From: Trypethelium eluteriae
Lineage: Eukaryota
Length of the DNA: 34,001 nt
Direction of reading: 5' to 3'
Assembly (NCBI GenBank): GCA_051942245.1
Contig: JAVECL010000238.1
Location: forward strand, 1 to 34,001
Below are positions 1-11,800 of this stretch, in pieces. The position numbers and the translations under genes are program-made. The notes under the pieces are model-generated. The model made no database searches and had not been told where the DNA came from. It saw only the letters and a list, made by a program, of their open reading frames with translations. Positions within the stretch are counted from its first letter, which is position 1; every line of letters starts with the position of its first letter.

Positions 1-1
1 C

Positions 2-316
2 CCTCCCATGTACAACTTTGCGGGGTACAACTTTGGGGCCCCGCCGCTGGGCTTGCAGAGGCCCGAAAGGCGGGACAGACCTGAGCCCTGGAGGGACGCA
101 GCGTTGGAAGCGGGCCTGGTGGGGTTCAACGAAGGGCTTGAGGCCTTTGCCAATGTCAGACCCAATAGAATCGGGGCGCCGCAGGGCCCGACGGGAAGGG
201 AGGGTGGAGGGGGAGTTGCCGATGCTAGGGACGATGTCACTGGGGATGGGAACTTTCAGAATGGCTTTGGTCATGGCCATGGCCACAGTCATGGTCATGG
301 TTATTTCAACGGGTAG
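2..316 (+). CDS. 3' end of a gene entering from the left edge; Gly-rich C-terminus ending in a GH repeat (GHGHGHSHGHGYFNG*); product unknown
   Basis: Frame is open from the window edge to TAG at 314-316. It has the G-rich codon pattern seen at the 3' ends of other genes here, followed by AT-richer 3'UTR-like sequence. Confidence 0.55.
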   Translation, partial: PPMYNFAGYNFGAPPLGLQRPERRDRPEPWRDAALEAGLVGFNEGLEAFANVRPNRIGAPQGPTGREGGGGVADARDDVTGDGNFQNGFGHGHGHSHGHGYFNG

Positions 317-796
317 GCGAATTTGAACCAGAATGCGCACGCAAAATTCACAGGAACGTAGAGAAGGAGATAGCAGATTGCATCATAACCGGTACTTGGC
401 TATAGGCATCGGAGGTGCTTCGTGCATAGCATATTGATGCTGTTGATAACATTCTCTGTTCTTGGCTCACGCAACGTTCTTTCCTCCTATAATAGGATTG
501 AAGGCGTAGCCATCCTGTACATTACAGTCTCAGTTCTCAACATGATTTCTTCTAGAAGCTCGCGCTATTACAATTTCTTCTCTATAGAAATTGTAGGTGA
601 GAACGCCAAAGGGTATGATAGATTTTCATAGTCACCCTTTGATCAAACAATGCGACTCGAGTAGAAGAGAAGCTAGAGAGTGCAGGAGGCAGCTCGATTG
701 TCTTCCTTTCATTCCGTGCAATTGCCCGTCTCTGATTCTTATTCTTTGGCTCACATGAAGATTCTGACCGAATATTCGCAGGCATTCTCAAATTTC

Positions 797-2779
797 TTAT
801 CCTCCTCCATTAACTGCCTTTTCGGCAGTCCTTCCCTCAAACTCTATCGAATCTCGCAGAAACACACTGAAATCCTCGATCGCTTCGTTCAAATCAAACG
901 AACCATCCAGCCCATTCATCCCGGTACTAGCCTCCGCAACCGTTCCAGGAGACCTCGATTCTCGCGACGTCGCATCCCTACCTCCACTCTCCTGCGCTGG
1001 ATTCTCAGTCAATGGCATGTCTCGTCCTTCCGGCCTTACTTCGTTATTCCGCCCTTGCGGAATCAGTCCAGGTTTCCGAATGGTATTGAAGGCAAAAGGC
1101 GAGACGCCTGTCAGAACGTCCTGGGTGCTAATGTGGGGCCCGGTCAGGGTAATTTTTCGTGTACTGTCTGCTGGTGGTATGTATGGAGGGATGGATGGGG
1201 TAGCGACGACATCATTGTGAGGAGTGTTGTGGAGTTCGGCCGGTGAGATGAGGGTATCCTCTAGAGCACGCTGAGCCAGGCGGAGGCCGATTTGGGAATT
1301 GATGTCTGTGGGGCAAGAAGCTGTGGCAGAGGGTGGGTCTGGCGGCACAGTTTCGGAAACGAGTTTCTTTGGGTTGGGTTGCTTGAATTGGATCGGGCTG
1401 ATAGGGGGCTGACCGTCGTTGATCTCTACAGCTTGGGCTTCGACATTATCGGGATCCGAGAGTATGGAAGCTCCAGATGTCCTTAGAACATTACGAATAT
1501 GAGTCGATATCTTCTTACTTGGGGTTGTATCTGGCGGTTGCACAGGCAAAATGCTATTGGTGAACTGCTGAATAATAGCCCAGTCTTCTCCACAAGATAC
1601 CTCGAGGGCTGGTGCTGTTTGTAGAATCTGGCCCTGATCTGACGCCTGGATGTCTTTATGGTTCAACGGAGCTTGATGAGAGCCATCATCTCTATTTATT
1701 TCCGTCCGCCTCTGAAATACAAACGGTGATGAAGTGTCGCATTTCATGACTGCTTGATTGGGATTGCTCGCCGGTAGGGTACGCCGTTGATTCTTGCGAG
1801 AGATTGAACCATTTTTGATACGAGAAGCAGTCCCCGACTGGGTGCATCTAAAGGCGGCTTCTCGCGCAGACTGATGTGAGACGCCATCTTGTGAGACTTC
1901 AGACTTCCGGGCATCTTCTGTAGATTGGAGCGCTTCAAGGTTTCTATTGATTTTGTGGCTCAGACGCTCATCGTCCCTTTCGGAATTAAGATCAATGACC
2001 TGGGCAGAAGCGCCAGGTCGTTGCAAATGCCTTGTATCCAATTCGCCTGACTTCGAGGCACATGACAGAGGGCTCAGGTCCTTTGGACGGTAGGTGTCAG
2101 TTCGGACATTGATAGGTGTGAAGCCAATAGTGATGCTTGCATTTGACTGATGATTTTGATCCTGAGCAAGCCGGTCCGGTTCGTTGGCTAAGAGAGTTCC
2201 ATTAGAATTTTTAGCTTGCTCGAGACGTCTGAATGGCCTTCCTGGAACGACTGGTTCTACTGTGTCATGCATCTGTTCACCCTTGGCATCTTGTGTCTTG
2301 TTGGAGCCTAAGCTTACTGTGCGGTTCTTTGACGAACGCTTTACAGATGGCTCAGGGACAGTTGTCCCTAATTCCTTTGAAAAGGCCGTCTTTTTAGAAA
2401 CCTTGGCTCTTTTCCGCAATTGAGAGTTTTTGGAACCGTGCTGATGAGTTTTCGCCAGGACGGTCGAGCCGACCCTGCTGCCGCCTGCTCGGGCGGACGC
2501 ATTGGATTTGCTTCGAGCTCCTGAAGTATCTGAAGTCTTGGCGTCCCTCCAGGGATTGGTCCATTCTGAATTAAAAGGGCCTTTCAACAGAGCAGACATG
2601 ATGAAGATGGGCCGAGACTTCAGATAGTCCTGCGCATGCTGTTCGATTCTCCTTCGTTTCGCAGATCGTCCTGGATCTCCCATGTCTGGTTCTGAGTCTG
2701 ATGATGGATTCTCCTTCCCCGGCGGCCAAGCTTCATGAAAGAGTTCCAATTTCCCGTTTCCGTAGTTGATGAGCTTCAT
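797..2779 (-). CDS. Uncharacterised, largely disordered protein (~660 aa) with an N-terminal motif KRRRIEQHAQDYLKSRPIFIMSALLKGPFNSEWTNPW and an acidic C-terminal motif FDLNEAIEDFSVFL
   Basis: 662-codon ORF; first ATG at 2779 (the track start at 2785 is GTG). Ser/Pro/Gln-rich body with a basic NLS-like N-terminal block. From memory the motif resembles a conserved Pezizomycotina hypothetical protein; not verified. Confidence 0.8.
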   Translation of the reverse strand: MKLINYGNGKLELFHEAWPPGKENPSSDSEPDMGDPGRSAKRRRIEQHAQDYLKSRPIFIMSALLKGPFNSEWTNPWRDAKTSDTSGARSKSNASARAGGSRVGSTVLAKTHQHGSKNSQLRKRAKVSKKTAFSKELGTTVPEPSVKRSSKNRTVSLGSNKTQDAKGEQMHDTVEPVVPGRPFRRLEQAKNSNGTLLANEPDRLAQDQNHQSNASITIGFTPINVRTDTYRPKDLSPLSCASKSGELDTRHLQRPGASAQVIDLNSERDDERLSHKINRNLEALQSTEDARKSEVSQDGVSHQSAREAAFRCTQSGTASRIKNGSISRKNQRRTLPASNPNQAVMKCDTSSPFVFQRRTEINRDDGSHQAPLNHKDIQASDQGQILQTAPALEVSCGEDWAIIQQFTNSILPVQPPDTTPSKKISTHIRNVLRTSGASILSDPDNVEAQAVEINDGQPPISPIQFKQPNPKKLVSETVPPDPPSATASCPTDINSQIGLRLAQRALEDTLISPAELHNTPHNDVVATPSIPPYIPPADSTRKITLTGPHISTQDVLTGVSPFAFNTIRKPGLIPQGRNNEVRPEGRDMPLTENPAQESGGRDATSRESRSPGTVAEASTGMNGLDGSFDLNEAIEDFSVFLRDSIEFEGRTAEKAVNGGG

Positions 2780-3144
2780 TTCCACCGAAAGATACTTTCC
2801 CGAGCATTCTCGACAAATGCGGACATTTATTCCTCTATAGGAAGCTTCGTAGATTACTTACATTACGAACAGTATATGTAGGGTACAGAGTAGAATAGTA
2901 CTGTAGCTGAGGTGGCGAGGATGGGCGGTTGCTGGGCAACCAGGCCCCACACTGCAGTGATGGATGCCGATCGCGTCCTGCCGGCCGCGTCTTGCCCAGT
3001 CGACACGATGAACGAAAGGCATATTATTGAACATCTCACTTCTGCGCGGCATTCATACTGGATATTTCAAGGTCAATAATGTGATCAGTCTTTCAACCGG
3101 TCTTGCAAGCGCCGCAACCCCCTACGGTCGCGCCTCCCTCAATC

Positions 3145-6100
3145 ATGGCAAGCACAGCGGCGTGGCTCGAGGACCTCTCTGAGGACTGGGAATCGCAACC
3201 ACGGGATTCATCTTTACTAGACAGCACTCGTGAGAAGGGCTCTTTGCGCAAGCACTCTATCGATAGTCGCGCTTCTCAATCGAGAATACCACGACCCTTG
3301 ACAGGATCAAAAAAAGACAAAACAGTGCCTCGAAAACGGAGCAGCATCCTTAGCGAACGGAGCATGAGCGAGAACAATATCCTTAGAGACTCACTCAACG
3401 GAAATGACGAGCTCAAATCAGCTACGACGCGACACTCCCGAGCTCATTCAACCTCGTCAGTGATGTCCGACGCGCAATTCGATACCGTTGATCGGAAATC
3501 ACTCATACGGTCCCCTCCTAAGAAATCTAATGCGCAATTAACTCCGGAGTGGAGGAGGAGGCTGTTGAATAAAGACGGTGGGAATAGTCCAGAGCAAGCA
3601 GATCTATTCAGTCCCGTGGGCTTGGAGCGGATATTCAAGAATCCCAAGGAACAGTCTAGTCCACTGAAGCAGGTTGGCAACCGAGGAATCTCTTTCCTAC
3701 AAGGCCTTGAAACCATGCCTTCAAGCCCTCCTCCACTGCCGTCATTGTTATCATATTCTGATCAGTCTCAATCGGACAATTATAATCAACTCTCGGAGCT
3801 CGAGCCAGTCCAAGAGGCAGATGAGGACGGACTGGATTGCCACACGAGCCAGCTTCTGAATTCGACTGCCGATGCCGTTGCCCGCCAAGACGAACAGTCG
3901 TCTGAAGATACTCAACAACATAATTCTCTTGCGCAAGAAGAGCCATGCTCGCATTCTGAACGGAATGCTGCAGACGAGCGATCAATTCACCAGCCAGAGA
4001 GCACAATAGCAGACAACTCCGATCCCTCGCCCCCAGTCAGAACTAGAGATATCGATCGTACCATCAGTGGCCAGTCCGAACTTCTTCACGAAGGGTTCAG
4101 CCCCGTATATCTACCTAAGCCATGCAATTCCCACGGCAGCATCGATTCCAGCCTCCCAGATTCCGACCGGCAGCTTCCAGAGCGCCAGACAAGCCGTGAT
4201 AAATCTAGAGGCAGACAACACGGCGTCAAGAGTCATGGTGATATTGTCGGGGGATCATCACAATTGGCGGATTCCTTACCGGACGACCTTGAGACTGGCA
4301 CACCAGAAGTTGCAGAGATCGGGAACTTTGTCAGCCTAAAACGGGGAGGTTACTCCGAAGCTAGCTCATTCAGGATGCGCAATCTTAGTCTATCCTTCAA
4401 TGTGGATGTTTCCGAGATGAGTGGAAAATTCTCGCCCATCAGCATGAAATTCAGCTCACCACCATCCGACGTCTTGCCGCCTGGATCCCATCATCCCGCA
4501 TGGTTTCGGAAAGCCTCGTCAACTCGATCTTCGTCTAGGTTAAAGCAATCAGACACAAGAAAGTCCACTGAAACTTTGCCGAGCGATCCAGTGGAGACGC
4601 CAATTGTGATCCCGAAAAGAAGACAGAGTCACCAATTCGAGACCGAAGACAGTGATAGTAGTTCTATTGCTTCAGGGACTCGGGGAGATAGGGCTATAGA
4701 TGGCAAAAGGCCACTTCGCTCGCCAGACAAGCAGCGCAACCCAAAACGCCAGAAAACGATGCACGGGGCCGACTTTAGTGAGCTGAGTAAATCGACGCTA
4801 GCTGCAGTCCAGGCGAAGCACGACAAAATAAATTCTCTGATAGGAAAGAAAAGAAAAGATGCGAAACACGATAACAGCGCACCGCAAGCAGACCCCTTGG
4901 TAATGTCTCGGAGGCAAATCCTGCGGCCAAGAAACCCGACACCGAGTCAAAGGCGTGGGACTCAAGCTAGGAACGATATAGAGGAGGCAGATTCCTTCGA
5001 AGTCTCAGTCGCTCCTACACTTGGTGTCGTCCAGGAACAATTAGAATCGCTCGTGCTGGGTCCGGGCTCTTCACCTCTGCCGAGTGGGCCTCCTTTGCCC
5101 GAGCCTGTAGCAACAATGACTATGAACGCTGCAAAGCGAATGCAAGAAGAAGGACGAAAACGATCCTACACTACTCAAGACTATCTTGACGAAGCTATGC
5201 AGATCATGAGCAAGCTTCGTGCCGGACGGAAGCCGGAAAGCGGGCTAGGAAGCGTTCAAGAGTCAGCATCAGAGCACCATTCCCAAGTTGATCCAGAACT
5301 GGCAACTAAACTGACCAATTTATCGATTTCACGACCTCCTAGCCGAGCAGGCACGCCGAGCGGCTGGAGGAGGCCCGTGAAAGAAGAGGTAGACTCCGAG
5401 GTTGCCATTCATCTTCGCAAATATCAAGAGAAGGAAAATTTCGACTTCACAATCAACTCTTCTCTCACCTCGTTGCTTCTCGCTACAGAAAATGGGGGAG
5501 ACCAGGGTAACAAAGACAAGATGAGTACAGAGAGCATGTCGCGTGGCAGAGACAAAGAGAGGAACCGTGGACAAGATGGTTCGAACCAAGATGGTACTCG
5601 TGATGGTCCTGGTTCCTATGGTTCTGCATCTACCAAGACTCAGTCCGCTCCTCATTCATGGGACTCATCGACTGGCAGGACGATTGCTACCAACTCAACG
5701 CGACGATCCGACACTGTTGCAAATCTTGCCCCCACCGCAGTGGCTCACCTTATTCCAGAGCAGGTTGCCGGGATGAGCTTTGATCCTGAAAAGCATGTCT
5801 GGGTAAGAGACAAGAGTTTGCCTAGACCTGTCAAAAGCATTGGAGAAATTAGTAGCGCTGAAGAAAGCGAACAGGATCCTCTGGGCAATATTCCGGACCT
5901 CAGTGTCAACGAGCTCAAGGAGATGAGTCGAAACGTTTCGGAGACCAGTGGACAAGCCGACGTTCTCAAAAGATTTTCTGAGGACCAGTCCTCTCTGGGT
6001 CCCAGAGATGGTCTAGGAACAGCGAGTAGACGCAGCGACCGCGCAAGTCCAAGCCAAGAAACGGTGATTGCCAGGCCTCGTACTCGAGAGGGATCTGAGG

Positions 6101-8313
6101 GATCTGGGGAGTCAAGCTCGATACCTTCAAAAGACCCTCAGCTGACATCGAGCAACGCTCCAGCCATTGAAACTCGCTCGACATCTTGGCGAACAAGTCA
6201 AGCTGTTCAAGAGAGCAAGGAGCGCATCTCTGAGGCACTGGAAAATCCTCAACCTGCTGTTCCCTCAATAGATGATGACGGAGAAGTTGAAGATGAAATT
6301 GAAGCCACTCACGCGAGAACTGGTGGACACGCGCGACAACATATCAAACAAGTCACAATTTCATTCTCCTCCCCAGCAATTCCTCGAATGTCGGGTTGGA
6401 GTGGTCTCTACGCGCAGCCGGAAAAAGTTGATGAACATCTAAGTACAGATCGCAACCAAGAGGAAGGCACCCGTCCCCGACAATCCAACAAACAAGACAT
6501 TAGGGAGTCGCTCTTCTCTGCGGGACGACTAGCATCGAGTGCGAAGCTGCATCGAAATCGCAAAGATGAAGTCACGGCATTTTCACAAATCCAAGAACAC
6601 GAGGAATGGTCATTATTGCCAGCAGTCGACAATCAACGCGATCTGAGCCTCCATGTCAGCATGTCATCTCCTCAGAGTAGAGAACTCATACAACCCGACA
6701 ACAATACCCTCATTTCCCCATCAGCTCGACACCGGGCAGATATCACATTCTATCTCAGCGACCTTCCAGAATTTTCATTCCATCAGATTGACGAGCGAAG
6801 GCCCTCTGAACGGATTCTGGCAGAGCGCCTGGCAACCCATGAGCTGGTACAAGCTGATAAAACATTTGCCGAGACTACGAAGGACCTTGTGCGCGAACTT
6901 ACGAATGTAGAGCCAGAGGAGCCATACTGGGATGAGTTGCAGCAATTGGACCTCCATGATCGGCATCTGATAGCACTGCACGGCTTGAACGAGTTTTGCC
7001 CACAAGTAAAAGTACTTGACGTTTCTGCAAATGGATTGCGAGACCTGGACGGGACGCCGGCATCAGTTCGATACCTGAAGGCGCAAAACAACACCCTCTC
7101 CAGTCTCACTGCGTTCACCTTTCTGATGAATCTACAGTACCTGGATATCTCGGATAATGAAATCGACCGTCTTGAAGGGCTGAGCTGTCTAGTGCACTTG
7201 AGAGAGCTACGAGCAGACGGCAACGAGGTTTCAGACCTCGATGGATTGAAGGATCTCGATGGTCTGCAGAAATTACATTTGAGGAGGAATAAAGTGACTA
7301 CACTTGATCTTAGCAACAGTCATCTGGATCACCTTTCCGAGCTTAATTTAAGTGGAAATCAGATTTCAAGGGTACGCGGATTAGGTTGTTTGCCGAAGTT
7401 AGACACTCTTATCCTGGATGACAACAAGCTCCGCATTGAATCATTCGAGTCTGGAAATACGTCAACGTGCCCAACATTGTCAACCTTGTATCTCAGGCGA
7501 AACTTGATGAGGCAGCTGTCACCCACAAGTTTTCCCAACCTCAGGATTCTCCTTGCAGATGGGAATCAAATACCGGTGGATGTTGACGTATCACATCTTG
7601 AAAAGCTTGAAACTCTCTCTCTCAGAGCACAGCAGCTGGGAGATGTTCCTGGAGGAGATAAGAAATCGATCGGATTTCGAGATACAGACCTCCGCCAGTT
7701 GGCCTTATCGTCGAACCGAATCCCCACCTTTACATTCGCGCGGTCCATGTATGATTTGCATCGCCTAGAGCTTGCTAGCTGCGGAATGCATACTCTCCCG
7801 TCCAATATTGGGACTCTTGCTCCAAATCTACGTTTCGTCAACTTGAGCTCCAATGCTATCAAAGATATCCGGCCCTTGGCAAGCATCCAACGACTCCGTG
7901 AGCTCCATATGACTGGGAATCGACTGTCGAGGACCCGGAAAGTATTGGTCGTGCTGGCGAAGCTGAAAACATTGACGAGGATTGACTTTCGTCACAACCT
8001 ATTTACTGTTGGGTTCTACCCTCAGGAAAGACGTGTAGCCAAGGAGCTTGTTCTACGAGGTGCTGACGATAGCGATGACAAGGACCCGCACATATTACCT
8101 CCGCAGTCTAGTAAAGAAGATCGAGAACATTGGGCTCGCCTTGATGAGGAGACGTATCTGAGAAGGAGAGTATACGAGTTGCTGCTGGCAAGCACTTGTA
8201 AGGAGCTGAGAACTGTGGACGGTCTTGAATTTGACAGGCGCGAGATTTTGATCAAGGACGCGGCATGGAAGTTGCTGATAGACGGTGGCATTCTTAGAAG
8301 GCCTGAGAGCTAA
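3145..8313 (+). CDS. NUD1: Septation initiation / mitotic exit network spindle-pole-body scaffold, Nud1/Cdc11/SepK family; long disordered N-terminus and C-terminal leucine-rich repeats
   Basis: Single ORF of ~1720 aa from ATG 3145 (MASTAAWLEDLSEDW). Family-type motifs: TTQDYLDEAMQIM, HLIPEQVAGMSFD, DPLGNIPDLSV, EPEEPYW. Many LxxLxLxxNxL repeats (e.g. LQYLDISDNEI, LRELRADGNEV). Confidence 0.88.
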   Translation: MASTAAWLEDLSEDWESQPRDSSLLDSTREKGSLRKHSIDSRASQSRIPRPLTGSKKDKTVPRKRSSILSERSMSENNILRDSLNGNDELKSATTRHSRAHSTSSVMSDAQFDTVDRKSLIRSPPKKSNAQLTPEWRRRLLNKDGGNSPEQADLFSPVGLERIFKNPKEQSSPLKQVGNRGISFLQGLETMPSSPPPLPSLLSYSDQSQSDNYNQLSELEPVQEADEDGLDCHTSQLLNSTADAVARQDEQSSEDTQQHNSLAQEEPCSHSERNAADERSIHQPESTIADNSDPSPPVRTRDIDRTISGQSELLHEGFSPVYLPKPCNSHGSIDSSLPDSDRQLPERQTSRDKSRGRQHGVKSHGDIVGGSSQLADSLPDDLETGTPEVAEIGNFVSLKRGGYSEASSFRMRNLSLSFNVDVSEMSGKFSPISMKFSSPPSDVLPPGSHHPAWFRKASSTRSSSRLKQSDTRKSTETLPSDPVETPIVIPKRRQSHQFETEDSDSSSIASGTRGDRAIDGKRPLRSPDKQRNPKRQKTMHGADFSELSKSTLAAVQAKHDKINSLIGKKRKDAKHDNSAPQADPLVMSRRQILRPRNPTPSQRRGTQARNDIEEADSFEVSVAPTLGVVQEQLESLVLGPGSSPLPSGPPLPEPVATMTMNAAKRMQEEGRKRSYTTQDYLDEAMQIMSKLRAGRKPESGLGSVQESASEHHSQVDPELATKLTNLSISRPPSRAGTPSGWRRPVKEEVDSEVAIHLRKYQEKENFDFTINSSLTSLLLATENGGDQGNKDKMSTESMSRGRDKERNRGQDGSNQDGTRDGPGSYGSASTKTQSAPHSWDSSTGRTIATNSTRRSDTVANLAPTAVAHLIPEQVAGMSFDPEKHVWVRDKSLPRPVKSIGEISSAEESEQDPLGNIPDLSVNELKEMSRNVSETSGQADVLKRFSEDQSSLGPRDGLGTASRRSDRASPSQETVIARPRTREGSEGSGESSSIPSKDPQLTSSNAPAIETRSTSWRTSQAVQESKERISEALENPQPAVPSIDDDGEVEDEIEATHARTGGHARQHIKQVTISFSSPAIPRMSGWSGLYAQPEKVDEHLSTDRNQEEGTRPRQSNKQDIRESLFSAGRLASSAKLHRNRKDEVTAFSQIQEHEEWSLLPAVDNQRDLSLHVSMSSPQSRELIQPDNNTLISPSARHRADITFYLSDLPEFSFHQIDERRPSERILAERLATHELVQADKTFAETTKDLVRELTNVEPEEPYWDELQQLDLHDRHLIALHGLNEFCPQVKVLDVSANGLRDLDGTPASVRYLKAQNNTLSSLTAFTFLMNLQYLDISDNEIDRLEGLSCLVHLRELRADGNEVSDLDGLKDLDGLQKLHLRRNKVTTLDLSNSHLDHLSELNLSGNQISRVRGLGCLPKLDTLILDDNKLRIESFESGNTSTCPTLSTLYLRRNLMRQLSPTSFPNLRILLADGNQIPVDVDVSHLEKLETLSLRAQQLGDVPGGDKKSIGFRDTDLRQLALSSNRIPTFTFARSMYDLHRLELASCGMHTLPSNIGTLAPNLRFVNLSSNAIKDIRPLASIQRLRELHMTGNRLSRTRKVLVVLAKLKTLTRIDFRHNLFTVGFYPQERRVAKELVLRGADDSDDKDPHILPPQSSKEDREHWARLDEETYLRRRVYELLLASTCKELRTVDGLEFDRREILIKDAAWKLLIDGGILRRPES

Positions 8314-8886
8314 TGGTCAGAAGTCGTGAGTGATGAGGAATGATTTTTGCTTGAGTAAGATACGCATGATGTGGAGTTAGCTTGTTTATACCAGAAAGTT
8401 GGGCAATAGGAAGCATTCTGGGCGTTCAAGCATTTGCATTATTTTTTGCCCATCATCAGGTTACTGATTGAATTTGAATTCGCTGTTCATACTTCTCATT
8501 CGTTGACTACATGTATGTAATTACGATTGGTTACAGATTCGTCAACGTCCAGGCACAAACTGCATAAGCGGTATAAACTGCATAGAGTGCACTAATGCAC
8601 GAATAAGCTGCATGTGTCTGGACAACCTCAGAAGCTCGCAACGTCATGGGAACTCGGCGCGTTCGCCGTGGACTTCAGATTTTCGAGCTTCAACTACATC
8701 ACTCTCAGCAATGCAGCGATACCCAAATGCTGGCCCCTTTCACGAAAGATGCTTAGAGTGTTGTGGATTAAAATACGGAAATCCCTTAGGCCGGAGGACT
8801 TGTCGCGCCGCTGAGGAACTCCTCGAAAACGGATGATGACCGCACACCTGTTATTCTAAGGAGACACCCATCAGAACAAACTCAGG

Positions 8887-11800
8887 ATGGGTCAAGGATA
8901 CTCACTGACCAGCCTTTCGGCTGGCGCCGCTGGCTTGGATGTCCCAGAAATGTCTGACCTCACGTACGAACGGGCCCTCGGAAACGCAAGATTCATGAAA
9001 ACAGTACGAGCAAGGCAAAAGATGGGTCTGGTAGTTGTAAAGATAGTGATGAAGCCAAGTGCAAGCATAACCCTGGGCAAATACATCAAAACAATCAAGG
9101 AGGAGCGAAGATTACTCTCCGAAGTGCCAAATGCTCTCGGTTACCAGCGAATTGTTGAAACCGGAACGAGTGGTTATCTTGTCCGGCAGTATATTCACAG
9201 CTCATTATATGATCGAATGAGCACAAGACCATTTCTCGAGGACATTGAGAAGAAGTGGCTGTCTTTTCAGTTACTAAACGCGGTGCGCGATTGCCATGCC
9301 CGTAATATCTACCATGGTGATATCAAGACTGAAAACACTCTCGTTACTTCATGGAACTGGCTATACCTGACTGATTTCTCATCCTCGTTCAAGCCTACCT
9401 ATCTCCCCGAAGATAATCCTGCCGATTTTTCCTTCTTCTTCGATACATCCGCACGGCGAACATGCTATCTAGCACCGGAAAGATTTTTAGGTCATGGTCA
9501 GCAGGCCGAAGGCAGAGACAAAATAAATTGGGCAATGGATATCTTCAGTGTTGGCTGCGTAATTGCAGAGTTGTTTCTGGAGACGCCTATCTTCAATCTT
9601 AGTCAACTCTTCAAATACCGCAGACGAGAGTATGATCCAGGTCAAATGCTTAGCAAGATTGAAGATATCGATATCCGCGACCTCGTTTCCCATATGATCC
9701 AGGTTGAGCCAGAGTCGAGATACTCAGCCGAGGAATATCTGACATTTTGGAGACACAAGGCATTCCCGGAGTACTTCTACAGCTTCCTACATCAATACAT
9801 GTATGTCGTTACGGACCCTACGTCCGGAAGAGCGCCAATCACTGCGGGAGAAAGCAACCTTGGGGAGTCGGATGACCGCATTGATAGAGTCTACTACGAT
9901 TTTGATAAGATCTCTTACTTTCTGGGCTACGATAGGGATAAACATTCTCAAAATTCGAGCAGGAAGAGATCGAACGAGACATCCGGGGTATTTCCACTTC
10001 ATCTGGACTTGCCAAACTACCGTCGCCAGATTTCCGCGGCTCCATATCAAACCGTTGATGATGGTACGCTTGTCTTTCTTACTCTCGTGGTATCTTCTCT
10101 ACGCAGCACTGCAAGAGCGAATGCTCGGGTCCGAGCATGCGAGCTTCTACTCGCTTTTGCCGAGCGCCTGACGGATGAAGCGAAGCTAGACCGGGTTCTG
10201 CCACATCTTGTAGAGCTCATGCGGGATCCGGTCGATGCCGTGAAGATCGCTGCTCTACGAAGTGTCACTCAATTGGTTAGTCTCCTCCTAAGTTTGACGG
10301 CAAATCTCGTGATTACTCTCTAACAGCCAACAGCTAGATATAGTTACTGTTGCCTCTCCGGTCAACGTTAACGTCTTCCCTGAATATCTCATGCCTCGTT
10401 TATCGGTATTTGTTCAAAGTCGGATAGAGAAACCTGGTCCATTGGTACGGGCAACTTATGCAATATGCCTCTCTTCACTGGCAATGACTGCATCTCGCTT
10501 TCTGGACATGATGCAAGCTCTACGCGCTGATGGGTCATTACCAAACACGGACCCTGAAACGGAAAATGATGACTACTCCTCTACGCTTTATCAACAATCG
10601 TTTGACAAGTCTCGAGCCGACCTGGTAAAACAGTTCGAGGTTCATACCAAAGCTCTACTCACAGATGGAGATGCTTCGGTCCGGAGGGCTTTCCTAAGCT
10701 CGGTATCACCCTTATGCGTTTTCTTCGGAACTACCAAGGCGAACGATGTAATTCTCAGTCACCTCAATACTTATTTAAATGATCGGGATTGGATGCTCAA
10801 ATGTGCATTCTTCGAGACAATCGTCGGTGTTGCAACGTACGTAGGATCAACTAATTTAGAAGAATTCATTTTACCCCTCATGATTCAAGCTCTGACAGAT
10901 CCTGAGGAGTTCGTCGTTGAAAGAGTGCTCAGATCCCTTGCGGTTATGGCTCATTTGGGACTGTTTCAACGATCAAGGACCTGGGAGCTGATTGATATTG
11001 TGGGTCGTTTCACAATGCATCCAAATTTGTGGATTCGCGAAGCGACTGCACATTTCATCTCTGCCGCCACCACATATCTTTCCGATGCAGACAAGCATAC
11101 AATTATTGGACCTTTGATCAGGCCATATCTGAAGGTACCACCAACCAATCTAACAGAGCTCAAGCTTCTTGAGACTCTCAAAAAATCGATACCAAGGATT
11201 GTGTTTGAGATGGCCGTACTCTGGGCTACGAAAACCGAAAAGGGCATCTTTTGGAAAAGTGCTCATCATCAAGGCACTTTTACTTTTGGATCCTTAGAGC
11301 AGACTGTACCAACGACCTCTGCTCGAGAGCTTACGCGCACGAGCTTTGCCAAAATACCTAAGAACGACGAGGATGAACAGTGGGTCTCAAGGCTACGAAA
11401 CGCAAACATGTCGACCGAGGATGAGTTGAAGCTCGTGGCTCTCAGAGGCTACATATGGCGGACTGCCATGCGAAAGAAAGCTACGAATGGTGATTCGGGT
11501 TCATCGAAGCTCAACGGTATCGTACCTCTTAGCGAGCTTACTGTACCTCTTCAAACTGTTTTCTTCGATGACGACCGGCAAATCTTCGAGGATGTTGTGA
11601 AAAGTGGTGCTACTACTCCTTCAGCAAAGCCGCAATCTCATAGCCTAGCAGAGGCATTGCTAGATGCTTCGGCAAACATGGATGACCCCATTGTGCGTCG
11701 CAAGATGTCTGCCCTCAACGCTCACAAAGCTTCAAAACCTGCAGCTTCAGGTACGACAAGTGGCATTGATAAAGCTCGAGATCCGCCTGCTATCCAGTCT

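Noticed and set aside
680..1246. 188-aa + strand ORF
   Set aside because: Antisense shadow of the 797-2779 gene, with a non-ATG start and no recognisable motif.
8612..8836. Short ORFs upstream of VPS15
   Set aside because: No motif and the transcription start is unknown, so I cannot support them as genes or uORFs.
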